DNA from: Halorussus marinus
Lineage (GTDB): Archaea; Halobacteriota; Halobacteria; Halobacteriales; Haladaptataceae
Direction: 5' to 3'
DNA length: 64,000 nucleotides
Assembly: GCF_004765795.1 (NCBI RefSeq)
Contig: NZ_SBIV01000003.1
Location: 248,001-312,000, forward strand
This document shows, in pieces, positions 50,069-61,312 of the stretch. A program made the position numbers and the translations under genes. Below the pieces are notes generated by a model. It saw nothing but the letters and a program-made list of their open reading frames with translations. It was not told the DNA's origin and ran no database searches. Within the stretch, counting starts at the first letter, position 1, and each line of letters starts with the position of its first letter.

Positions 50069-51523
50069 TCACTCCCCGTCGGCGCCGGCGGCGTCCGGCG
50101 TCGGCGACTCGGGCGGCGTTTCTTCGTCGTCTCCCTCGCCGATAACCGTCTCTTTCCACGTCCCGCGGGTGAACCACAGCGCGGCCACGATCGCGCCGAC
50201 GACGTTGCCCAGCGCCATCCCGACCCAGATGCCGGTCGGCCCCCAGTCCGCGACGAACGCGAGGTAGTAGACCGTCGGCACCCGGCCGATCCAGAGCGCG
50301 AGCACGGAGAACGCCATCGCGGTCTTGGTGTTGCCGGCGCCCCGGTAGGCCCCGAGCATCACCTGCAGGACCGCCATGAACGTGAACTCGACCGACCGGA
50401 TCCGGAGGTACTCCGAGCCGTACGCGACGGTCTGGGCGGCCGCGTCGGTGCCGGTCGCCATGAACACCGAGACGATGGGCTCGGGGACGAGCGCGGCGAC
50501 GACCGCGACCACGAACATCACAGCCGCGCCGGCTTTCGCTGCGAGCCAGACCGCCCGCTCGGCCCGGTCGGTCTTCTTCGCGCCCAGATTCTGGCCGACC
50601 ATCGTGTTGGTCGCCCGGCCCAGCCCCATCGCCGGCAGAAAGACCAGCGACGCGAGCCGGTTGCCCAGCCCGTAGGCCGAGACCACCGGCGGCGCGAACT
50701 GGACCACCATCGCGGTCAGGGTGATCATCGCCAGCGCGCTCATCGACTGTTCGAGCGTCGAGGGGACGCCGATCCGGACGATGTCCCAGATGTAGCCGAC
50801 GTCGGGCAACAGGTACTCGAGGCGGACGTCGGGACCGGCCCGCGCGACGAACAGGATGTAGAACCCGAGCAGGCTGGCGACGCCCCGCGAGAAGATGGTC
50901 GCCAGCGCCGCGCCCTCGATCCCCATCGCCGGGAACGGCCCCCAGCCGAAGATGAGCGCCGGGTCCAACACGACGTTGAGCGCGACGCTCACGACCATCA
51001 CCCGCATCGGCGTCCGGGTGTTGCCGTAGCCTCGCATCAGCGCCGAGAACACGAAGAAGCCGAACAGGAACGGCAGGCCGAGGAAGAACACCTCCATGTA
51101 GTCGGCCGCCAGCGGGATGATCTGGGCGGTCGTCTGGCCCTGGCTCGGGAGGACAGCCAGCATCGGCTCGGTCGCGACGTAGCCGATCGCGCTCAACAGG
51201 ACCGCGAGGATCGTGACGAACATCAGGATCTGGCCGGCGACTTTGCCCGCCGACCCCTCGCTGTCGGCCCCGGTGTACTGAGCGACCAGAATCGAGCCCG
51301 CGGTGGTGAACCCGCCCGCGATCGAGATGAGCAGGAAGATGAGCGGGAACGCGAGGCTGATCGCCCCGACCGCGTCGGCCGACAGCCGCCCCAGCCAGAA
51401 GGTGTCGGCGATGTTGTAGGTCACCTGGAGGAGCTGGATGACAACGATCGGCCACGCCAACCGGAACATCGGTCGGACTAACCCGCCTTCGGTTATCGAG
51501 TCGTCCGGCGTCGCGGGTTCCAT
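50069..51523 (-). CDS. MATE family efflux transporter
   Basis: LAWP, YNIADTFWLG, RGYGNTRTP, NVVLDP, GIEGAALAT, GQNLGA. Confidence 0.94.
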   Translation of the reverse strand: MEPATPDDSITEGGLVRPMFRLAWPIVVIQLLQVTYNIADTFWLGRLSADAVGAISLAFPLIFLLISIAGGFTTAGSILVAQYTGADSEGSAGKVAGQILMFVTILAVLLSAIGYVATEPMLAVLPSQGQTTAQIIPLAADYMEVFFLGLPFLFGFFVFSALMRGYGNTRTPMRVMVVSVALNVVLDPALIFGWGPFPAMGIEGAALATIFSRGVASLLGFYILFVARAGPDVRLEYLLPDVGYIWDIVRIGVPSTLEQSMSALAMITLTAMVVQFAPPVVSAYGLGNRLASLVFLPAMGLGRATNTMVGQNLGAKKTDRAERAVWLAAKAGAAVMFVVAVVAALVPEPIVSVFMATGTDAAAQTVAYGSEYLRIRSVEFTFMAVLQVMLGAYRGAGNTKTAMAFSVLALWIGRVPTVYYLAFVADWGPTGIWVGMALGNVVGAIVAALWFTRGTWKETVIGEGDDEETPPESPTPDAAGADGE

Positions 51524-51778
51524 TGTGTTTCGAAACGAAAGGTCGTCGTTTGAACGTTGTGGGTCTCGGCCACAGCGACCGGCGTCGGTCGCCACGCGAA
51601 CGGTACGGTCGCAGTACTCACGTCGCTAACAAATCAGTTTCCCATCCGCGGTACTTGTTCCCATTCGCCGCTTCGGGTTCCCGACCCGCGGTGAGTCCCC
51701 AGTCCGGTCGGAAACGAGGAAACGAGTCCAGACGACGCGCGCCGTCTCCGCGCGCCGGGATTGTCGACGGGCGGCCGA

Positions 51779-52855
51779 TTAGAGTTCGACGAGAATCTTC
51801 ACTTCCTCTCGGTCCGAGTCGAGGAGCGCCTCGAAGCCGTCCTCGACGACGCTCTCCAGTTCGATTCGACTGCTGATCAGCGCCTCCGGATCGAGGGCTC
51901 CGGAGTCGAACATGTCGAGGACCGCACCGAACTCCTCGTCCGACCGGGGACCGCCCTGGTAGGCGAGCGTCCCGGTGAGCGTCCGCTCGCCCATGACGAA
52001 CTCGTTGGGCTGGAGTTCCACGCTGTCCTCGAAAATGCTGACGATCGTGACGTTCCCGCCCGAGGCGGTCGACGCGATCGCGTCTTGGACGGTCTGTTCG
52101 ATCCCCGCGACTTCGAACGCGACGTCGACGCCGCCGTCGGTCCGCTCGGTGATGTACTCGACCGCGTCGGTCTCGATCGGCGAGAGCGCCTCGTCCGCGC
52201 CGACCTCGGCCGCGAGCTCGCGCCGCGAGTCCTGGGGTTCGACCGCGTAGATCGTCCCCGCCCCGGCCGCCCGGAGCACCTGAATCACCGTCAGGCCGAT
52301 CGGGCCCGCGCCGTACACCGCGACCGAATCGCCGGCGTCGAAATCGCTCGTCCGGAGCGCGTGGAAGCCGACGCTGTACGGCTCGACGAGGGCGCCGTAC
52401 TCGGTGGGGACCGAGCCCGGAAGCGCGACGGCCTTCTCCTCGGGGACGACGACCTCCTCGGAGAGTCCACCGCCCCCGCCGGACAGCCCGACGAACCCGC
52501 CCGACTCACAGAGGTGGTACTGGCCCGCCTCACACTGCCGGCACTCGTCGCAGTACACGATCGGATTCACCGCCACCTGATCGCCGACGGAGAGGTCGCT
52601 CACGTCGTCGCCGACCTCCGTCACTTCCCCCGCGAACTCGTGGCCCATCGGGATCGGGAGCGTCTCTCCGGTCACCGGATGTGGCTCGCCTTCGTCGGGG
52701 ATGAAGATCGGACCGGCCGCGTACTCGTGGAGGTCCGAGCCACAGATCCCGCACGCCTCGACGGCGACGCGGACTTCGTCTGTGCCGGGCCCGTCGGGCC
52801 GTTCGATGTCTTCGACGCGTACGTCCTCTCGACCGTGGTAAACTGCTGCTCTCAT
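51779..52855 (-). CDS. Zn-dependent 2,3-butanediol dehydrogenase-like MDR
   Basis: CGICGSDLHEY, GHEFAG, CDECRQC..C, GAGPIG. Confidence 0.88.
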   Translation of the reverse strand: MRAAVYHGREDVRVEDIERPDGPGTDEVRVAVEACGICGSDLHEYAAGPIFIPDEGEPHPVTGETLPIPMGHEFAGEVTEVGDDVSDLSVGDQVAVNPIVYCDECRQCEAGQYHLCESGGFVGLSGGGGGLSEEVVVPEEKAVALPGSVPTEYGALVEPYSVGFHALRTSDFDAGDSVAVYGAGPIGLTVIQVLRAAGAGTIYAVEPQDSRRELAAEVGADEALSPIETDAVEYITERTDGGVDVAFEVAGIEQTVQDAIASTASGGNVTIVSIFEDSVELQPNEFVMGERTLTGTLAYQGGPRSDEEFGAVLDMFDSGALDPEALISSRIELESVVEDGFEALLDSDREEVKILVEL

Positions 52856-53014
52856 TGCAGGTCCCGTTTGACGGCGTCGACGGATAATAGTTCATATCGG
52901 CGAGCAATCAACTTCCGGGGATTCCGTTACTGGGACCGGTCGGCGGTCGGTGGGCGAGACGCGTCCGTGACTCGCAGACTCGACCCCGTCGATCATCACA
53001 CTTCGAGAATCGAA

Positions 53015-53087
53015 CGGGCGGCATGGGATTTGAACCCATGACCTCTTGGTCCGGAACCAAGCGTTCTGTCCGCTGAACTAGCCGCCC
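53015..53087 (-). tRNA. tRNA-Arg (anticodon CCG)
   Basis: Reverse complement GGGCGGC..cttgg-ttccgga-ccaag..GTTCAAATC..GCCGCCC. Confidence 0.95.
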
Positions 53088-53294
53088 TCACACCCAGATA
53101 CTCGGTTCGCCGGTATAACGGTTATGAAATGCGCGAGTCGACCGGCGCCGTCCCGCTGGTCGGCAAGTCGACGCGTGATCGCGTTCGCGCCGCTGTGCGA
53201 GCGGCGATTCGTCCCGAACGACGAACCGGTCGCTGTCGATGTAGTGTTCCGGAAAAACGCGTGTCGGACCGCCGTCAGGCGGACTACCGCGTAA

Positions 53295-53489
53295 TTAAAG
53301 ACGCGTCAGGTTCGACGCGCGGGGGCCCTTGTCGGCCTGTTCGATGTCAAACTCTACCTCAGTTCCCTCTTCGAGGTCCGGGCCGCCGATGTCTTCCATG
53401 TGGAAGAACACGTCGTCGTCCGCGTCGTCCGTCGAGATGAAACCGTAGCCGCCTGTGTCGTTGAAGAAATCAACGTTGCCTTCTGCCAT
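53295..53489 (-). CDS. Cold-shock protein
   Basis: FFNDTGGYGFI, DVFFHM, KGPRA. Confidence 0.95.
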   Translation of the reverse strand: MAEGNVDFFNDTGGYGFISTDDADDDVFFHMEDIGGPDLEEGTEVEFDIEQADKGPRASNLTRL

Positions 53490-53809
53490 TGCAAATAGAC
53501 AAATGCCCGTCGCACGGATAAGGCTTCGCAATCTGTTTTCTCGCTCGTCGATATATTGGTCAAACGTATTCGAAATGACTCCAAAACTGCGTAAATGAAC
53601 ACGGACAGTCAACTACTCGCCGCATCGTCCCGTCTTTCGTCGGCTTTTCGCGTGAATCCCTCCGCATCCACAGTTCTCGCTTTCGAGATAGGTCGACCGG
53701 TCGTCTTTCGGGGTTCGCTCCCGCAACAGCCCATCAGCTCCTCACTACCGCAGAGACAATTCGTCGGCGCCGGCTCCTCGCGTCGCTCGTCGCGTGGCGC
53801 CGTCAGAAG

Positions 53810-53883
53810 TGGGTCTGGGCGGGTTCGAACCGCCGACTTCGGCCTTGTAAAGGCCGCGTCATGACCAACTAGACCACAGACCC
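53810..53883 (-). tRNA. tRNA-Val (anticodon TAC)
   Basis: Reverse complement GGGTCTG..cggcc-tttacaa-ggccg..GTTCGAAC..CAGACCC. Confidence 0.96.
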
Positions 53884-53975
53884 CGCACCCGAACACAACC
53901 GCTCGCCGGAAATAACGTTTACCTTCTCGCCCGGGCTTCGAAATCACTACCACGGCCGGGGCCCACGCCTCCCGC

Positions 53976-54242
53976 ATGGACGAGATCGAGGCGCTCGCCG
54001 AGCAGGACGGGTGGCGGACCGAAGGGTTCGCCGCGCGCGTCCACTACGGCGGCGGCGACGACCGGTACAGTATCGAGTACTACGCGCCAAGCGACTGCGT
54101 CGTCTACTGGAAAGTCAAGGGCGACGGCGAGACCGCGGTCCCGGTCGGTCGCGACACCGTCCCCGACCCGCTTCGAGAGCGCATCCGTCGCGATCTGGCC
54201 GAGGCGGGCGTCGATCCGGCCGCCGAACAGCGGACGCTGTAG
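53976..54242 (+). CDS. Conserved haloarchaeal hypothetical protein
   Basis: FAARVHY..YSIEYYAPS..YWKV; acidic. Confidence 0.75.
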   Translation: MDEIEALAEQDGWRTEGFAARVHYGGGDDRYSIEYYAPSDCVVYWKVKGDGETAVPVGRDTVPDPLRERIRRDLAEAGVDPAAEQRTL

Positions 54243-54395
54243 GGGTCGGGACCCCAACCACGTTACCTTTTCTCACACTATCGCCAGCCATAAGACCGCC
54301 GTTTCCGTACTGAACGGTCCGATGGGCACCCACTCGGAGCGCGTGTTTCGATTCGAAGGAAACATTTTCAAGAGCCGAACCATTCCGAAGTGACA

Positions 54396-56350
<1,955 letters not shown>

Positions 56351-56354
<4 letters not shown>

Positions 56355-57196
56355 CCTCGTCGGTAGCGGTTCCCGCTCTTGTCGCGCTTGAACTCGCGTT
56401 GGCGGTCTCGCTCGCGGTCCATCCGCCGCTCGTACTCCCGGAGTTCGCGCTCGCGTCCGCCCGCCCGATCCGACGCGTCGTCCTCGCGCGGGCCCCCGTA
56501 CCGGCGCGTCTCTTTCTCCCGGTCGACGCCCGCCGATCGGGACTGCTCGTCGGCCGTCCGGGCGTCGGCGGGCTCGCGAAGCGGTTGGGTCCGTTTCGGC
56601 GGCGACGCGTCTCCTCGATCGCCGACTCCCGACTCGCCGGTCTGCCGTCGGGACGACTCGGCGTCGTCTCGTCGGGACTCCTCGCCGGACTCCGGTCGGT
56701 CGCCGCTCCGTCCGCCGCGTCGCTCCGAGTCTACTCGCTCGGAGTCGGACTCGTCGGTCGTCGACGCGTCCGGTTCGTTCGTCGCTCGCGGTCTCTCGGA
56801 TCGCCGCTCCGGTTCGGGCTCCTGTCGCGGGGTGGACGCTCCGCCGGTCGCGGTCTGGTCGCGATCTCCGGGCTCGCCCGCGCCGGGGTCGCTCCGCTCG
56901 CCGGCGGAGCCGCTTTCGACGCGGGGTTCGGTCGCCGGCGCCGCGTTCGTCGGCGGTCGCGATCCGTACCGTCGCGGCGGCCGGTCGGACCGTGGTCGCT
57001 CGCGCGAGCCGTACCGGTGGCCGACCGGCGGTCGCGCCGCGGCCCGGCCCCGATCGGTCCGTCGCTCGGCGGGGTCGGTTCGGCGCCGCTCGCGACCGGC
57101 GTCCGCCTCGCGGCCGCCGTTCTGATACCGACCGATGGTGGCGTCCGCTCGTTCGCCCGACTCCTCGCCGTCGTCGTCGCGGTTGTCGGTAGCCAT
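56351..57196 (-). CDS. Putative highly charged intrinsically disordered protein
   Basis: 281 aa rich in R/D/E/G/S; fills the gap after otsB; stop overlaps the ABC stop. Confidence 0.55.
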
Positions 57197-57282
57197 GATC
57201 CGAGAGAAACTGCGCGAGTCGGCGACTAAACCGAGCCGACCGTTCACATCGTTTTCGCGGGGGGCCGGGATTCAACGCGGCG

Positions 57283-58140
57283 TTACGCGGTTTCGGTCGG
57301 GACCTCGTCGGGCGCGCGGTCGAGGAACTCGACGCCGTAGGTCCCGAGCCACGACAGCACCGTCCGGACCGCCTCGGGATCGGCGACCCGGTAGCCGGCC
57401 TCGGTCGCCGGATCGTCGCCGACCTTGATCGCGACGCCGTCGTCGGCCAGCACCGCGAACGCCGCCTCGTCGGTGGTGTCGTCGCCGACGTATATCGGTA
57501 GCCACGCGGCGTCCTCGGGGACGAGTTCGTCGCGCAATCGAGCGAGCGCCTCGCCCTTGTCCCACTCGACCGCGGGCCGGAGTTCGAGCACCTCCTTGCC
57601 GGTCGTGAGTCGAAGGTCCTCGCGGGCGGCCGCAAGCGACTCGACCGTCTCGACGACGGCGGAGACCGCCGCGTCCTCGACCAGCCGGTAGTGGACCGTC
57701 GCGGTCACGCCCTTGTTCTCGACGATGACGCCCTCGACGTCGGTGAGCTCGGCGGCGACCTGCTCGCAGACCTCCGCGATGGCGGTCTCGGCCGCCTCGG
57801 CGGCGGGGTGGACGACGTACTCGTCGGTGTGGAGCTCGAGGCCGTGATTCCCGGCGTACGAGGCGCTCGGGATCGCCACCCGTTCGCGTACGTCGGCCAG
57901 TTCGCGGCCGCTGACGACCGCGACTTCCACGTCCGGGCGGTCGGCCAGCACCGCGACGACCTCGCGGGTCGCGTCGGGCAACGTCGCCGCCTCCGGGCGC
58001 CCCTCGATGGCCGCGAGCGTCCCGTCGAAGTCGAGAGCGACCAGCAGGCCGTCGCGGTCGACCAGCCCCTCGACCAGCGCGTAGAGGTGCTCGCTGATCG
58101 CCGGCGGGGTCTCGGGGGCGTCGGTCGCTTCGTCGGTCAT
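57283..58140 (-). CDS. otsB: Trehalose-6-phosphate phosphatase
   Basis: DFDGTL, VSGR, GNHGLE, WDKG, GDDTTDEAAF. Confidence 0.95.
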   Translation of the reverse strand: MTDEATDAPETPPAISEHLYALVEGLVDRDGLLVALDFDGTLAAIEGRPEAATLPDATREVVAVLADRPDVEVAVVSGRELADVRERVAIPSASYAGNHGLELHTDEYVVHPAAEAAETAIAEVCEQVAAELTDVEGVIVENKGVTATVHYRLVEDAAVSAVVETVESLAAAREDLRLTTGKEVLELRPAVEWDKGEALARLRDELVPEDAAWLPIYVGDDTTDEAAFAVLADDGVAIKVGDDPATEAGYRVADPEAVRTVLSWLGTYGVEFLDRAPDEVPTETA

Positions 58141-59660
58141 CTGGTCGGTTCGGCCGGGGCCGACCGCCGGCCGCGCTCGATCGCGGCCGCGGTCTCGAAG
58201 GTCGATTCGAGCCACGCGTAGACGTCCTCGGCGTGGACCACCCGCTGGAGGTCGGCGATCCGAACGCGCCGCGCCCGCTCGCTCATCCCGAGGGCCTCCT
58301 CGATGGCGTCGGCGACGCTCTCGGGGTCGTGGGGGTGGACCAGAATCGACCCCTCTCCGAGTTGCTCGCTCGCGCCCGCGAGTTCGCTCAACACCAGCAC
58401 GCCGGGGTCGGCGGTCTGGGCCGCGACGAACTCCTTCGCGACGAGGTTCATCCCGTCCCGGACCGGGGTGACGAGCGCGAGGTCGGCCTCCCGGTAGAGC
58501 GCCGCGAGCCCGGCCTCGGGGAGGTGTTCGGTCACCGCGACCACCGGCGTCCAGTCGTCGGTCCCGAACCGGTCGTTGACCCGATCGATGGCGTCGCCGA
58601 CACGGCTCTGGAGGCGCTGGTAGTCGCCGATGTCGCCGCGGCTCTCGATGCTCTTCTGGAGGTACGTGAACTCCTCGCGCCACTCGGGGTGCTCGGCCCA
58701 GAACAGTTCGAGCGCGTCGAGGCGTTGCTCGATGCCTTTCGTGTAGTCGAGGCGCTCGACCCCGAGCGCGAACCGGTGGTCCCCGACGAGGCCGTGTTTC
58801 TCGCTGAACGACGCCCAGAAGTCGTCGCCGGCCTCGGTCTCCGAGAGTTCGGCCTGCCGGGCGGCGTCGATGCCAAGCGGGAACGACCGCACGAACGTCC
58901 GCCGGCCCCGGTGGGCGATGCTCCGATTGGCCCGGTCGACGCGGGCGTCGGTCGCGGCGTCGACGCAGTCGAGGAAGTTCCGGCAGTACTCGTCGGTGTG
59001 GAAGCCGATCAGGTCGTTGGCAAGCAGGCCGTCGAGCAACTGTTCGTACTGCGGGCAGGCGTGGAACACGTCCCACGACGGCCACGGGATGTGCCAGAAG
59101 TGCGCGAGAAAGGCGTCGGGCCGGGCGTCCCGGACCCGCCGGGGCGCGAGCGCGAGGTGGTAGTCCTGAAACCACACCACGGGGTCGCTGTCGGTCGCGC
59201 CGAGCACCGCGTCGGCGAACTCGTCGTTCGTCTCGCGGTAGGCCCGCCAGTACGACGGCTCGGGCGTCATCTTCGCGGTGTCGAGGTGACACAGCGGCCA
59301 CAGCACCTGATTGCTGTACCCCCGGTAGTAGCCGTCGACCTGCTCGTCGGTGAGCCACACCCGCCGCAGGTCGTAGCTGGGGTCCTCGGGCGGGACGGCG
59401 ACGACGCCGTCGGGGCCGACCGTCTCGCGGTCGGCGTCGCCGTCGCCCCACGCGACCCACGTTCCCTCGACGGCTTGCATCACCGGGTCGAGCGCCGCGG
59501 TCAGCCCGCCGGCCGGCCTGTCGACGACGACCTCCCCGTCCTCGCGGTGGTGACTGTACGGTTCGCGGTTCGATACGACGACGAGCTCGCGGTCCTCACA
59601 AAGCGTCGCGACGGTCTCGACTGCGGCCTCTGCTATCGCCCCTGTCGTGTCTGAACTCAT
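58137..59660 (-). CDS. otsA: Trehalose-6-phosphate synthase
   Basis: VSNREP, GGL, WFQDYHL, HIPWP, RLDYTKG, DGMNLVAKE. Confidence 0.96.
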   Translation of the reverse strand: MSSDTTGAIAEAAVETVATLCEDRELVVVSNREPYSHHREDGEVVVDRPAGGLTAALDPVMQAVEGTWVAWGDGDADRETVGPDGVVAVPPEDPSYDLRRVWLTDEQVDGYYRGYSNQVLWPLCHLDTAKMTPEPSYWRAYRETNDEFADAVLGATDSDPVVWFQDYHLALAPRRVRDARPDAFLAHFWHIPWPSWDVFHACPQYEQLLDGLLANDLIGFHTDEYCRNFLDCVDAATDARVDRANRSIAHRGRRTFVRSFPLGIDAARQAELSETEAGDDFWASFSEKHGLVGDHRFALGVERLDYTKGIEQRLDALELFWAEHPEWREEFTYLQKSIESRGDIGDYQRLQSRVGDAIDRVNDRFGTDDWTPVVAVTEHLPEAGLAALYREADLALVTPVRDGMNLVAKEFVAAQTADPGVLVLSELAGASEQLGEGSILVHPHDPESVADAIEEALGMSERARRVRIADLQRVVHAEDVYAWLESTFETAAAIERGRRSAPAEPTR

Positions 59661-59912
59661 GGAGTTTGATCCCTCGCGGCGGAGCGACCCGCCGTCGACG
59701 AGTGTACTGCAAACGCTTGCTCGGACGGCGGTATAACGTAGTCGTCCGTTCAAAACCGTTCCAAAACTGAAACGATCGGGCCGCGGGGTTACGGGGGGTC
59801 TAAGCGAGGGTAACCCCGGCTTATCGGGGAGAAACGAGCGCGTTCGGCGGCGTGATGACCTGCGGGCACCGTACGACGGGCGGGGAGGCCGACGGCCCGG
59901 GATCGCTCGGTC

Positions 59913-60470
59913 TCAGTCCCCGGAGGCCGCGACGTACAGGTCGTAGAGCTCCGACACCGCGAGCAGGACGCCGGGAACGACGATCAGGGCCACGATCCCG
60001 GGCCCCGACTGAGCGAACGAGATCACCCGACCGACGAACGGGATGTGGAACATGACTCGGCCCTCGACGTTCGAGGCCGGGACCAGCGCTCGGTCGGCCT
60101 CCTCGTTGGCGTCGCCTTTGGTCTTGAAGTGGCGCTCGCCGCCCTGTTCGGTCACCGCCACGACCCGGTGGGTCACCAGATTCACGTCCGCGAGTTCGTG
60201 GTCCGCGGGCGGCTCGTAGGTGATGACGTCGCCCTCCTCGATCGCGTCGGTCGCGACCCCGTCGACCACGACCACGTCGCCGGCGTGGATCGCCGGGGAC
60301 ATACTGCTCGAGAGGACGACGTGGCTCGCGTCCGCGCCCACGACCTGCGGGACGGCGACGACGACGAACGGGACGACGATCGCGAGCAAGACGACGAATC
60401 CAAGCGTTCGGAGGGCGCTTGCGGTGTTTATCGAGGCGACGCGCTGGCGTAGCGATTGTTCTCGGCTCAT
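59913..60470 (-). CDS. sipW: SipW-type signal peptidase I
   Basis: VVLSSSMSP..GD (Ser), VTHRV (His), KTKGDAN..D, TM at both ends. Confidence 0.9.
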   Translation of the reverse strand: MSREQSLRQRVASINTASALRTLGFVVLLAIVVPFVVVAVPQVVGADASHVVLSSSMSPAIHAGDVVVVDGVATDAIEEGDVITYEPPADHELADVNLVTHRVVAVTEQGGERHFKTKGDANEEADRALVPASNVEGRVMFHIPFVGRVISFAQSGPGIVALIVVPGVLLAVSELYDLYVAASGD

Positions 60471-61312
60471 GTCTCGGTCTCAGTCGTAGTGGTAGTCTCG
60501 GTCGTCGTTCGGTTCGCGGTGGTCGATTGCGGGGTTTCGGTCGCGGTGATCGTTTCGTTCTCGGTCGTCGTGGTGGTGGTCGTTTCGTTCTCGGTCGTCG
60601 TGGTCTCGTTCGCGACTGTTGTGGGAGTGGTCGTTTCGTTCGGAGTGGCGTCGGTCGTCGTCGTCGCCGTCTCCGTGACGGTCGTCTCGTTCGTGACGGT
60701 AGTCGTCGGTGCAGTAGTCGTCTCGGCGGTCTCGCGAACTGTTTCGTTTCCGGACCCGTCGGGGGCCGTAGTGGGGGTGGGAGTGTCTTCTGTTTCGGCA
60801 ACCGAACTCGAACCGAACGCTGTTGCGCTACTCGCGTCGTCGTCGCTGTTTGACTCCCCGTCCTGACACCCGCTCACGGTCAGCGTCGCTACCTTCTTGC
60901 CGTTCACGGTCCATGACGGCTTTTTCCCTGCCTTCTTCTCGCCGAGCCAACCGATCCCCCGTCCGGCCGTGAGTTCGTACTCGCCGGCGGGCAGAGTCGC
61001 CCTCGTCTTCACTTTGTGGTGGACCGTTCCCACCCAAATCACACGATCGTCTACCCTCTCGATTTGGACGATGACGTTTCCTTTTCCTTCGTTCTCTAGG
61101 GTCACCGTGTGACAGGACGTCGTCGCGACGACGTTCCGTCCGGGCGGGTCCGGCGTGGTCGTCGGTTCGAAATCGGCGGTGATCGAGACCGTCGACGACT
61201 CCTGATCGGAGAGCAGTCCGTAGGTGTACGCGCCGCTCGTGAACGCGCAGACGACGATCACGATGCCCGCCAGCGCCGCGGCCCGCGAGAGGTCGGTGTC
61301 GTTCCACGCCAT
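60467..61312 (-). CDS. Secreted protein with SipW-type signal and Thr-rich tail
   Basis: Hydrophobic signal ending GAYTYGLLSDQE; C-terminal Thr/Glu tail with NET sequons. Confidence 0.75.
   Translation of the reverse strand: MAWNDTDLSRAAALAGIVIVVCAFTSGAYTYGLLSDQESSTVSITADFEPTTTPDPPGRNVVATTSCHTVTLENEGKGNVIVQIERVDDRVIWVGTVHHKVKTRATLPAGEYELTAGRGIGWLGEKKAGKKPSWTVNGKKVATLTVSGCQDGESNSDDDASSATAFGSSSVAETEDTPTPTTAPDGSGNETVRETAETTTAPTTTVTNETTVTETATTTTDATPNETTTPTTVANETTTTENETTTTTTTENETITATETPQSTTANRTTTETTTTTETET

Noticed and set aside
51779..53015. Dehydrogenase and MATE genes as an island integrated at tRNA-Arg(CCG)
   Set aside because: No duplicated tRNA 3' end or integrase seen; composition is similar to core genes.
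60480..60760. Repetitive gtcgtttcgttctcggtcgtc DNA and the Val-rich plus-strand ORF 60456-60866
   Set aside because: Explained by the coding of the Thr-rich ENETTT tail on the minus strand.
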